Source: Daphnia carinata (Eukaryota). Taken from it: a stretch of DNA of 64,000 bases. Under the pieces are notes generated by a model. It was not told the origin of the DNA. It saw only the letters and a program-made list of their open reading frames with translations, and searched no databases. Of this stretch, positions 39,314 to 51,316 are shown piece after piece (position 1 is the first letter of the stretch; each line of letters starts with the position of its first letter). The stretch lies in assembly GCF_022539665.2 (NCBI RefSeq), contig NC_081332.1:5890001-5954000 (forward strand), read 5' to 3'. The position numbers and the translations under genes were made by a program.

Positions 39314-42300
39314 ATGTTATCGAGGAACAAAGTGTCGCGCACCTGCAGTAGAACGCGAATCACCGATGCTTCTGTCGCTCCATTTGTTGATCCTGCGGTA
39401 CGCGTAAACGAATCGACAAGCAAAGTGTTTCGAATTCCAATGACCGATCGACTGTATCTATTACAGGCGGACCTGCCGGACTGTATTTCCTTGGACCCGT
39501 TAACTGAAGACTCACTTCTGGCCAACTTGCTGTCCAGATTTAAACGGGATCACATCTATGTAAGTGTCTTCTTTTAAAAAAAAAATTATAATAACTTACA
39601 AATTAAATAGAAATTTGAGTCTTCAATGCAGTCTTTACACGCTAATTAACTAATCCTCTGTTTCTCTTTTGTTTTCTTCTTTTCTTTCGTTTTCTCTTCT
39701 TTCCTTTCTTCCGCTATTTCTGGGGCTTTTCTCTCTCTCTCTCTCCTCTGGCACTGACGAATTTATCGGTTCGGAAGACTTACATCGGCAATATTTTGCT
39801 ATCCATCAACCCTTACAAACCCTTGGCACAGTACACGGAACAGGTGATTGCCGGCTACAAATTACGCACCGTCGCCATTTCCCAATTACCACCGCACGTG
39901 TAAGCACTAATTAACACTTATTATCGCCAACACTATCTTAAACATTGTATTTCGATTTACTGAGTTAATTAACACAAAATAAAAAAAGGCCGGTTAAAGC
40001 CCTGCTGCCATCTATTGGTTATAAATAGAACTATAGTTTATCACAAATTTAAAATGTTATTATTATTATTTTTAAATAATTGTTCATTTGTTTACAGGTA
40101 TGCCCTCGCTGATAATGCTTGGCGGTCGTTACGAGATTTCTACAGCGACCAAGTCATCGTCATTACTGGCGAGAGCGGATCGGGCAAGACTGAGGCCTCC
40201 AAGCTCATCCTGCAGTATATTGGATTAGCAACCGGCAAATCGAAAGATCTGGAAACCGTCCGGCAGCAGCTGCTACTCTGCAATCCAGTCCTAGAAGCGT
40301 TCGGCAATGCGAAATCCGTTCACAATGACAACTCGTCACGTTTTGTAACTTCTTGGCTTTTTTTCGTGTTATCAACATTTCCGTTAATTCTGTGTAATTT
40401 TTCTTTTTTTTTTCTTTCATTTGTAGGGAAAATATATTGAAATGGAATTTGATTACAGAGGGGAACCTGTTGGAGGACTCATCACTCATTGTAAGTCTTT
40501 ACATCACGATCACTCGTATGGGAAATTTCCTAATAAAAATGTTTTCTCTTTTCCCCCCTTCCTAACAGATTTATTAGAAAAGGTACGATGTCGTAATATT
40601 AAACTAATGCAATCAAGATACGAATAAACAGGTCAATTCACTCATTAACTCCGTTTAGTCCCGCGTAACAGCTCAGCACCCAGGCGAACGGAATTTCCAC
40701 ATTTTCTTCCAGCTGCTCGCTGGGGCTGACGTGCAACTTCTAAGTATCACAACACATACATTATTCATTTTTCTTTTTTTTCTACTACTAAATAAAAATT
40801 CTTTATTCCAAATGGTACAAAATAGAATCCCTCAAACTACAAAGGAACACGGAAAATTATCTCTACTTGCGGAATAACCATTCGAATCCGTCGGTGTGGC
40901 ACCAGAGTGACAAGGATGAATTCTTCAACACCAAGGTATCAATCAAGAACGAGCCTGTCGATTAAAAATCTACGATACTAAAAGAAAAAAAAATGCCTCT
41001 TTAATGTGCAGAAAGCCTTGGAGTCGGTGGGATTTTCGGCCGAGGACATTATCAACATATTCCGTATCATAGCGGCCGTCTTGAAGCTGGGGAATTTGAT
41101 CTTCTCTCCGGTTAGCAATATCGACGGCACCGAAGGATGCAGCATCAACAACGAATACGGTACATCCCAGAGAATGTTCAAATAACGAGATAATGAATTG
41201 ATACAATTGCTATGGAATTGCAGAGTTAGAAGAAGTTGCGACATTGTTGATGATTCCGGCAGATGAGCTTCGAAGTGCCTTGCTCTATCGGACGTATTCG
41301 GTCAGTTGTTCTGCGATGGATGCGCACGGCATGGCCGTTGGAGGTGGCGGAGGTGTCAATTGTTTTTCCAGAGATTCGACTCTACCACGCGATTCGACAA
41401 CTTCGCGCACATTTCTCGGAAATAATCATCAATCGCATTCACAGCCTCAGCAGCTCCTCTTGCACCAGCGCACCAGTCTCCTCTCCACATCGGCCTCCAT
41501 GGTCGGCAGAGGTTTGAATCCATTTCTAATGGCGGGGGAGGGCTTGCAATAGAGGCTTTGCCCAAAAATTACATTACAATCAAATCAATCAAGTAGATAT
41601 GTACCAAATGATGGATGGCTGCCATGGATCTGACGTCGGATTTCAAGCTGCCCTCGCTTCCAGGGCTTACCAGGACGCGAAGGATGACTTTGTCATGACC
41701 GACTTGAGCGCCAGCGAGGCCACGGCCGGACGCGATGCGCTCTGCAAAGCCCTCTATTATCGTCTCTTTACCTGGATCATTAACAACATTAACGAGAGAA
41801 TCAAGGTTCTATTCTTTCCTGTTTTTTTTTTCCCACATAAAATGTCGTGATCGTTTTTACTTTCTGATAAATAACCGCAATCGTGTCGTGCATGTCCCAG
41901 GTCAAGCAACACGGAAAACGACGCATCCTGGGCGTATTGGATATTTACGGTTTCGAAAATCTGCCTGTCAACGGCTTCGAGCAGCTCATTATCAATTATT
42001 GTAACGAGAAATTGCAGCACTACGTGGCCGAGATTGTCGTGAAAGAAGAACAAGAAATCTACATGCAAGAAGGCCTCGAGTGGAGCCCGATTTTATTCCC
42101 AGACAACTTGGCCGTCTGCGATTTGATAGAGAAGGTGTGAAATCTCAAGCGAAAAAAAAAATACCCGTGATAATTAAAAAAGAAAACAATGCATTTAATT
42201 GACTGTTTAGCATAATCTGGGGCTGCTAGCGATAATGGACGAAGAGTGCCAACGATCGACCAACGGCTCGGACGATGCCTTCTTAAGCAGAGTGGGACAG

Positions 42301-45300
42301 GTGTTTCAAGATAATATTCAAATCGAAGTAGCTTGGGGACTGTTGTCCAAGAACGCCGATTCAACTGCCATGAATGCCTTCAGGTTAGCCTCTAATTATA
42401 CACGTACGCAAATGAACGTGGCATTTCATTTTCTTTTTCGTTGAAATATGAAGGTTGAAACACTACGCCGGATGGGTGACGTACAACGTGCACGGGTTCC
42501 TGGAAAAGAACAGCGACCTGCTGGTCCGCGGCCTTTCGCAGTCCATGTACCAGTGCTCCCACCCGATCGTCAAAGAGCTCTTCCCGGAGGGCAACCCGCG
42601 ACGGACGACGCTGCGGCGTCCGGCCACCTCGGGCACCCAATTTAAAGTGGCTATCAACGCCCTGATGAGGAGCCTCCGGTCGAAAACTCCGCACTTTGTC
42701 CGCTGTATCAAGCCGAACGCCTTCAAACAGCCGCACCATTTCGACGTTCAGACGATCCAGCAACAAATTCGACACCTCGGGTAAAAGCCAACACCCCATT
42801 CTTTGTTGATTTCATTTTACATTTTAATGATTTTAACCATCTTTAAAAACAAAAAATAGCTTGCTGGAGACGGCGCAAGTGAGGAGGAGCGGCTACGCCT
42901 TCCGCCAGCCCTACGCCTGCTTCCTGCAACGCTACAAGATGTTGTCGACCGTGACCTGGCCGCACTGGGGTGGCGTCGCCATCGAGGGTGTCGCCCGGCT
43001 CCTCAGAGATTTGCCCATTTCGGCCACGGAATACGCTTTCGGCCGGCGAAAGTTGTTCATCAAAAACGATTCCACGGTAGACATTTTGTTTATCAGCAAG
43101 AAATTGTTTCTTCATTATTTTCTTATCAATTATTTTAATAAAAAAACAAACGTGTTGTGTGTCCTTGACAGTTAATGCAGTTGGAAGATTTTCGGAGGAT
43201 CCGGTTAAATGACCTGGCCACTCTCATCCAGAAAACATTCCGAGGCTGGGCTACTAGATGGTTGTTTTTCAAGCGAAGACAAGCCCAAATCAAAATCGCT
43301 GCCGCTTGGCGCCGTTACAAGGTTTGAACGACATTTTCAAAAATCTTTTTTTTTTTTTTTGTTTTTACTATTTTATACTTAAAAAAAAAACCATGTTATT
43401 TGTGAGCATGCATGGCCGTTGTTTTGGAACGGTGGGGTAGCATGCCCTAGAAAATAAGAAGTTCACTATTTACATGACCGGAAGTGCCTTAATGCGGTTA
43501 TGCGTAGCTTTTTTCTTCTACATTTTGTTTTTTGAAATTATTATATCATTCAGAGTAGCGGAAACAAGTGTTACCTTACGTTACATTTTGAAGAATCTAT
43601 TTTCTTAAAAAAAAAAAAAAAATAGAGGGAAGTCAAAGGACCGGATTGAAATGTCTTGCTTGGTTTGACGCACGACGGCATTATTGCCTTGTCCACTTGT
43701 AAAAAAAAAAATCGTAACGGAATCGCGGCTGAAAGAATTGACTTTAAGGATATTTAGAAAAAACAAAAAATGTAGGAAATAAAAAAAAAAAGAAAGATCG
43801 TGCATGTTTTGGATACGGAAAAAAAAACAAACAAAACAAAAACACGCTCTACTTGCCATATCGAATGTTGCATGAGAATTTGGTTATTGCTTTAAAAAAA
43901 AAAAAATGTTGACTGCATTATTTTTTATTTGTTTATTCACCAATGTGTTTGTTTTTTTCCTCTTGGGTCCGGTCTCTCTCTCTCTCTATCTCTCTGCTGC
44001 ATTTTGTTTCGGTTTTATGCATTTCCATCGTGTTGAATGCTGAAAAATTCCACGTAGGCTAATGCTCCATTACGGCGAATGAGGTGGAGACTCTCCAGTG
44101 TGGTGGGTTCTTTTAATTTATTTCATTTTCTTTTTTTTTTCTTTGTCCAAGTTTTATTTTTAAAATTTTGAGTTTTTTTTATAAATAGCATATGATTATG
44201 ACATCGTTAATATATCATAGATCCTAGCCGGTTGCTGCCTTTTGTTGTTGTTTTGTTTTCGTACTTGTTACTGGCTTCTCCCCCTTTTTTTTTTTTGCGC
44301 TTGTCTCTAAGATGAATACGACACGCGATCACCGGTGATGATTCATTATTCTTTTATTTCGGTGGCGAATTTTTTTGTAGGCGCGGCGCGAATATTTGGA
44401 ACTTCGCCAACGGCGGCGCATGATCGAAGCTGTACACATCATAGAAAGATCCTACATTCAATGGAGGGTATGCAAACAATCAATCTTTCCTTTTTTATGT
44501 CATGTCCGTCTTGTATTTCTTGATCATCGACTGTTTTATGTATGAACCGTGAGCATTCCTTCTTTTGTTTTTGTTTTGTTTTTTTCTCTATGAATTTTTG
44601 TTCAACTTTGATCGATTTCAAACAGAGGAAAAGGTACTTGAACCGGTTGGCCATCCGGCTGCCTTCGACGTCGCCGACGTGCCGCGAGTGGCCCAACGTG
44701 ACGCCTTTCCTCCGCGAGACCAATCAGATTTTAAAGAAGCTCTATCACGTTTGGAGGGTAAGTTTAAAACAAAAAGAGAAAACTTGGAATGTTTTAGAAC
44801 CGTAACTAATTCCTCCGCATTCTTTCCCTATTGGTTTGAAAATATTTGCAATTATAATTTGAATTCTTTTTTGTTGACATAGTGTCATCGATATCGAATG
44901 GGCTTTGATCAAATCGGTCGCAATCGAATGCGAGAGAAAGTGACGGCCAGTTTACTGTTTAAGAATCGTAAAGAATCGTATGCTCGCAGCGTAGCTCATC
45001 CCTTCCAGGGCGATTACGTCCGGCTTCGCCAAAACAGCCAATGGCGCAAACTGGTCAACGAAACGTCTGATCAGTACATCGTTTTCGCCGACATCGTCAG
45101 CAAAATCACGCGCTCTTCGGGCAGGGTACGTTCATTAAAGATAATTAAAATTCATGGAAAAACAAATGTCTAAATATTTTTTCAAACGCCAATCAGCTTG
45201 TTCCGGTGCTGTTTGTCGTCTCGACCAGTTCCATGATGATTTTGGACCAGCGGACCTTAAATATCAAGTACCGCGTCCCGGCGGCTGATATCGTCCGCAT

Positions 45301-45951
45301 TTCACTCAGCCCTTTCCTAGACGACATCGCCGTCTTCCACGTCAAATCGGTATGTCCATCGCCATTATTTTTCTTTTACCTTCTCCAATTTTTTGCTCCC
45401 AATTTAAAAAAAAAAAAAAAAAGAAAAAGAAAAATACCCAAAAACCAGTAGGCTCGTTGTCTGATCCGTATATCCTCTCCAATTGTTGGCTTGCTTTCCC
45501 GACTTCGGTATTTTTAGTTTGATGGCACCTCGCCGAGCGTAGCCAATCTTCAGACGGGCTGCTTGCATTTCCAACAGTCAGGAGAATCATCGACCCTCTC
45601 GCCTTCCTTTGGAAACAAGTGGAAAGGTGACCTGGTTATCCAGACTTGCCACGTCATTGAGCTCGTCACCAAAATGTTCCTGGTCGTGCAGAACGCGGCC
45701 GGCAAAGCCCCCGAAGTCAACGTTCACACAGAGTAATGAGATTTCGAAACACATGCCTTTTCCGGGCATCATTACTAAGCAAATCTTTAATGTATTTTGT
45801 TCATTTTTTTTAAAATTCTTTTCCCAGCTTCGAGCTCAGTGTCGGCCATCAAGCAGTCGAATTCTCCTTCCACTGCACCGGCCTTCCGGAAGTCCAGCCG
45901 GGTCAAGTGCGAATCGTTCGTCGAGGCCACCGACTCGAAGTTACTTTATAA
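39314..45951 (+). CDS. Myo95E: Unconventional class I myosin, Myo95E-like (motor, IQ, TH1); start may instead be 39440
   Basis: [56 protein letters not shown], IQ motifs (IQKTFRGW) and TH1 tail (SLLFKNRKESY...GDY); large head insertion; stop TAA 45949-45951. Confidence 0.88.
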
Positions 45952-48900
45952 AAATCAATCGTTCGGGCAGTTCCTCGCACGGCCTTCGTGATTCCATCGT
46001 TTTCGCGAAGATGGGTGAGACGGACTTCGTTTTTAGCTAAAAATAATTTAAGGACTCTGTTATGACAATTATATGCAATACATATAATATCGAAATTTAA
46101 TAACTAGCTAGCTATTGAAAAAGAAAATCAATCGATTTCTCAAAGGAAAGAAGAAAGAAAGAAAAACGGTAAAGTTTTATTGCTGCAAATTCATTTTGAT
46201 TAACATCTTTTTTGAGGGGTGGGGGTGGAGTCGTGTTTATTCATTGTTGTTTTCACATTTTTGTATTGTGTTGAAAAAGTGCTAACTTATTGTGCTGCCG
46301 TCTCGAACTTGTTCACTCAGAGCACGTTGAAATTTTTCATAAGAAAAAAGATGAATGCGTAGAAATATTTGAATATCTTTTGAATTGATCAAATGAGTTG
46401 TTGAAAATCATCATCGTTTTATTCTGAAGAAAAAAAAATGTTTGCTCTGGTTTATTTTTGAATTTTATGTTTGTTCGATCATCGCTGTGTGAATGCATTG
46501 TTGGAGTGCTTGTTGTGGAGATGAGCTTCGAGTTCCGTCTTGTATGTTAAACTTGTTGTTGTATAAACGTTGCCATTCTGAAAGAAAAAAAAAGAGAAAA
46601 AGAAATGAAAACGTTACAAAGAAAATTGAAGATGGAAATGAAAGCAACTTTCATCCGTCTCTGATGGATTGGCTGTTCATTTCTTTTTCATTTGAATTAC
46701 GTTTTTTTTAGCACGCGAGAGGAGCAAACGTGAAGACAATTCATGCCGGGAGCGATAGTGTTTTTTTTTTTGTTTTGTTTTTTTTCCTCTTTCTTTTGTT
46801 GCCATTCTCTCACCAACGGCGACGGTTAAACATCCGTGAAGGTGGGCAAAATGGAACAGCAAATATCTTTAGATGGAGTGGGAGGCTCTTCCCTTTTTTA
46901 GCCGTTCCCGTTGCATTTCAAATGTTTTCGTGGCATACCAAAACAACACGGCAAAACTTTAAAAAGAAAAAAAAAAAAAAAAAAAAAAGCAGATAGAACT
47001 GCAACGGGACTAGTGGCGTGGCGTAAAATACACGTTAGTTTACATACATCTGCAGCCGGGGATTGCAGTGCGGTTGAAATTCATCACGACCGGTGACGTA
47101 GAGGGCACCGCCTACCTCGTTGCAACGCAGCCGAGCAGCCAAAAAAAAAAGTCTTCGTTCTATTGTGTGTGCGGCCACAACAATCTGCAAGTCCAACTTG
47201 CAAAGAACTACACAAAACCCGTGCTCGATGATTGCCTACTGTTAATAGGTGACAGGTGTGAAAGGTATAGCTCACACCGCAGGTGAGATCGAAACCCACT
47301 GACTCGTTCAACGAACAGCTCGAAACCGGGTCAACCCGACAACAACTCTCGCCCGTAGAAAACGTATAATGAAGGTAGACGCGTGTTTAAACAACAACAA
47401 CAGTAACTGCAACAGTGAAAGAATAAAAGAAATGACGGCTGTGGTTGGTTGGTGACCCTAGACTTCCGCCCGGCTTCCGGCTATGGGTGACTTGATAACG
47501 AAGCCAATCAAAGACACACCTCTACGATTACACGGACTAGAAAACAAAAGAAAAACCTGCGAGCCAAACACCTGCCTGGCCTTTATTTCACGTTTCATTG
47601 CGCAGTTTGCAACACCAAGGAGCTGTTTATGACATCAACTATTTGAAAAGTTTAATAAATAAATAATATGAGAAAGAACGATAGATAGGGGGAAAATGTC
47701 ATTCAACTTTTGTACCGGATGAAAACGTTGAACGATGTTTTGTTTAAATACTGATTAACATTAAAAGGAGTTTTAACATTTTACACATTTCTTTTTTTTT
47801 TTTTCTTTTTCGACACAACACCCAAAAGATATACAGACAAGAAAGAATAAAGAGAGTTATATGACTCAGCTCGGGCGTGATTTGAATACTGACAAGCTAT
47901 GGAACGCCGTATTTGGTCAACCACTACCAAAAACCAAAGTGGGGAAGAAAAAAAAAAAAAATGACGTCAGTTTTCATTATTTTTTTTTCTTCTTCCCATT
48001 TCCCGTGCATTTGGGTTCGCCGTGCTTATTTTGCGCTGTAGCGTGTAGACATAATGCCCCGCCAAAACGGATCTTTACCTTTCTTATATTATTGCGTCAA
48101 CCCGTCACGCGCCACCATTTTTCTTACATTATTATTCTTTCTCGCTATCCGCAAACAGAGGCGTTCGCTGTGTATATACTTCGTGTATCTCTTTATGCAC
48201 GGTACAGCAAAGTGCGTCGTCTATCACGCGGTTCACTTAAATGTCTTATTATTTGATCGGGTGGCGTGGGGGCAATTAGGTGCGCACTGGACCGCGCGCA
48301 AATTCGTGGAGTTTGCTAAATAGCCTCTTCCTGAAATCTCATCAACATTATTTTTTGTCCAAATTCATTCGGAGAAAAAAAAAAAAGAATTATTTTTCTT
48401 TTAAAGTCCAGAAGGAAATGGAAGAAAAATGAAGAGGCCATTTTTCTTTTGATTATGCCGGTCGTGACTCGAATAGCATTACATTTAGATGCTATTTTTA
48501 GGAGGATGTAGGTCACTATGATTGGTGTTGCCATTTTTGTTTTGTTTTTCACGAAGAAGAAAAATAAATGCGAACATTTTTAAAAATAGATTTAAATAAA
48601 ACCAAAGATGAAACAAAAAGAATAATAATAAACGTACACGCACGCAAAAAATAGTAATCAGAAAATACTCATCAAAAGCAATAAAAAGAAAGGCTCACAC
48701 CCACCCGGAGCCCGTGGATTGGATATGCACCAGAACGGAATGACATGCCTAATTTTTTAGAAGAAAAAAATATATATACAGTATGTATACAAATTTTATA
48801 CACCACCGGCTGCAGGGAGATTTCGTTTGAAAATTTCTGCTGGTACTGGTGAGAAAAACCAGTTTTTTTAATTTTATTTTTTTCACTGTGCGTGTTTTTG

Positions 48901-51316
48901 GTCAGAGAGAAAGAAACGTTTTCTTTGTTTACCAATATATACCGGCCAAGGACGGGCCGCCCAAAAAAAAAAAAAATCCAGCTGAATTTATAATAACCAA
49001 GAAAAAAAAAAAAAATAAATAAGAAACTCATTTCTTGATTGGGGTATTCAACCAATTTTCCCTTTGTTTTTTTGTTTTTTTTTTCACGAACGCTTGAACG
49101 GTATCAGCTAAAACATTTCATATGTGGCATATATTTACACAGGATGGAGACCTGACCGGCTAACTGTACTCCATACTTACTTCCCACATTTTTGTTTTTT
49201 CAAAGTCGATAAAATCGCAACGACGATTCATCGAGCGTGAAAAAATGTCACTGTTGATCGTGATAGCTTTTCAATGTTCACGATCATATTTTTTTTTTTT
49301 TTTCTGTTCTTTTCTCCGTCTGTTTTTTAAGGACAATATTTTTCCAGGCTGCTGAGGTAGATACACATTCCCCCCACTGGGTAGTTTGAACGAATATAAA
49401 AGAAAAAAAAGGTAGTTATAATAAAAGCATCCTGTACTGATGCACTTTCATGTTCCTTCAGGCTATTATCTTCTTCTTCTTCTCCCCCATTTTCTTCATT
49501 CTTGTTCTACCTTCGTTTTTGATCTTTTTCCTCCTGCCGTCTTGCGTTCCATTCTCCTTTTGGTAGAACCGTTTTCTTTGAGGGTAATAGAACCGCATCG
49601 AATCATCACGTCCCCCCCCTTCTTCCCAATTTGGAATACGAGATCCAAGGGGCGGATAATTCCATCCGGATGGAGAAGAAAAAAGCAACTCGTCTGGGTA
49701 AACCATCAGCAAGGAAAAAACTCAGGTAGACATATGAGTAAGAGAACAAGGTAAAATACTATCGTAACCGCATCGAAACACGCGCAAAACAATTCCAACA
49801 TTGTTTGATGTATTGCCAAAAAAAGAAAATGGATATTGTGTTGTGTCACATTTCGAGACTCTTTTTTGGTGAAGTCTTTTTCCAAAGCCCTCAACCCGAA
49901 TGGCGTCGTTAAAATGACGGAATGCCCTCAAATTGTGTTGAGAAGTACAAAAGAATCGAAAGGGGGCCGATGGGGCGTTCAAAAAAAAAAATAAATAAAT
50001 AAATAAAACAGAGGGGATATGTGGAAGCAAAATAAAAAATAAAAAATAAAAAATAAAATAAATAAAAAGAGAAGTGGAAGAAGCCCTGAAGGTGGCTCTG
50101 GAATTTTGTGTGGCCACCCTCTAGGCCCCCGCAGTGCGTGTGCGGGATTCTTTGACGTTTCACGTTCGTAGCCCCCTTGGATACACGAACTCTGGTGAAG
50201 GGGGGGGGGAGGTTGAGCTAAACCAATTGTAACGATGCTTTTTAGCTTCCTTATATCTTTGAAAAAAAAAAATTGCTGTCGACAACATCTTTTGATCCCG
50301 TATTTTATTTTATTTTTTGTTCAATAATGACGAGACACTAAAAGATGAGGAGGAAAGAGAATGGCTGGCTTTTGATGATCACTTTGCAGGTTGGTCATCG
50401 TTCTTATCAAGAAAATATCTCCCCGATCGCCTCATTGCCTTTCAATGAATCGCCATCTTTTTTTTTTTCTTTTCTCAAAAGGTAACAAAAAACAGCGAGC
50501 GCCAATTTCATGTGTTGCTGAACCCCATTCAACAAGGTAACCACTACCCAAACCGGAGTTGAAAACAAAATAAAATAGAAATAAGATAAAAATAAAAAAA
50601 AAAAGGATAAAAAAGAAACAAAATGTGAAATACGCCCCGAAGTGATCTTGCTAGTCTGGTGGTCAAAGGAGAAAGCCCGACGGCGTCGCAGTCGAATGCC
50701 AGACTCGGTGGCCGACGGGAGGCAGCAACGACGGCTGGCTAGTAACACACACGTAGTGTGAGGGGGACGTGGGCATTTGTTTGGTTTCCTTTTTTTTTTT
50801 TTTGCTTTTCCACGTAACCTACTACGGATCTACACACACACACGAGTCAACAGAAGACCAGACTTTTTTAGTGCTGAGCATTTTTTAATACCCTCGATTT
50901 CTGTGTGCGTGCGTACGAAGCCTCTTGTTTTGAGAGCCACAAGAAACCCCGTCAGTGTCGCTAAATTTTGTTGTCACACAACAGACGAATTTCACCTGCT
51001 GACTGTGATCCTTCCATTTCAACAATTTCTATTTTTTTTTCTTCTGTTGTTGTTGTTGTTACTACTTTTGAAGAAATTATCCGGTTTTTCTCCAACGATG
51101 CGGTTATCTTCAGTGTATTAAACGTGACAGTGTCTCAACACACGATTTCACGAGAAGAGGTCACCACGTTTCTTTTTGATTAATGAAAAACCTCTTTCAT
51201 AATCTTGACCACATGGACGATTTATCTCGATTCGTTTATCGAAAAACTATGACTGTGAAATTAGAGGAATAAAACAAAAAAAGAAGAATTTTAATCAAAC
51301 AAACAAACAAAACAAA

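Noticed and set aside
40744..40825. GTATC-starting myosin introns (also at 40936) as U12-type introns
   Set aside because: Donors read GTATCACA and GTATCAAT rather than GTATCCTT, and no clear TCCTTAAC branch site is present.
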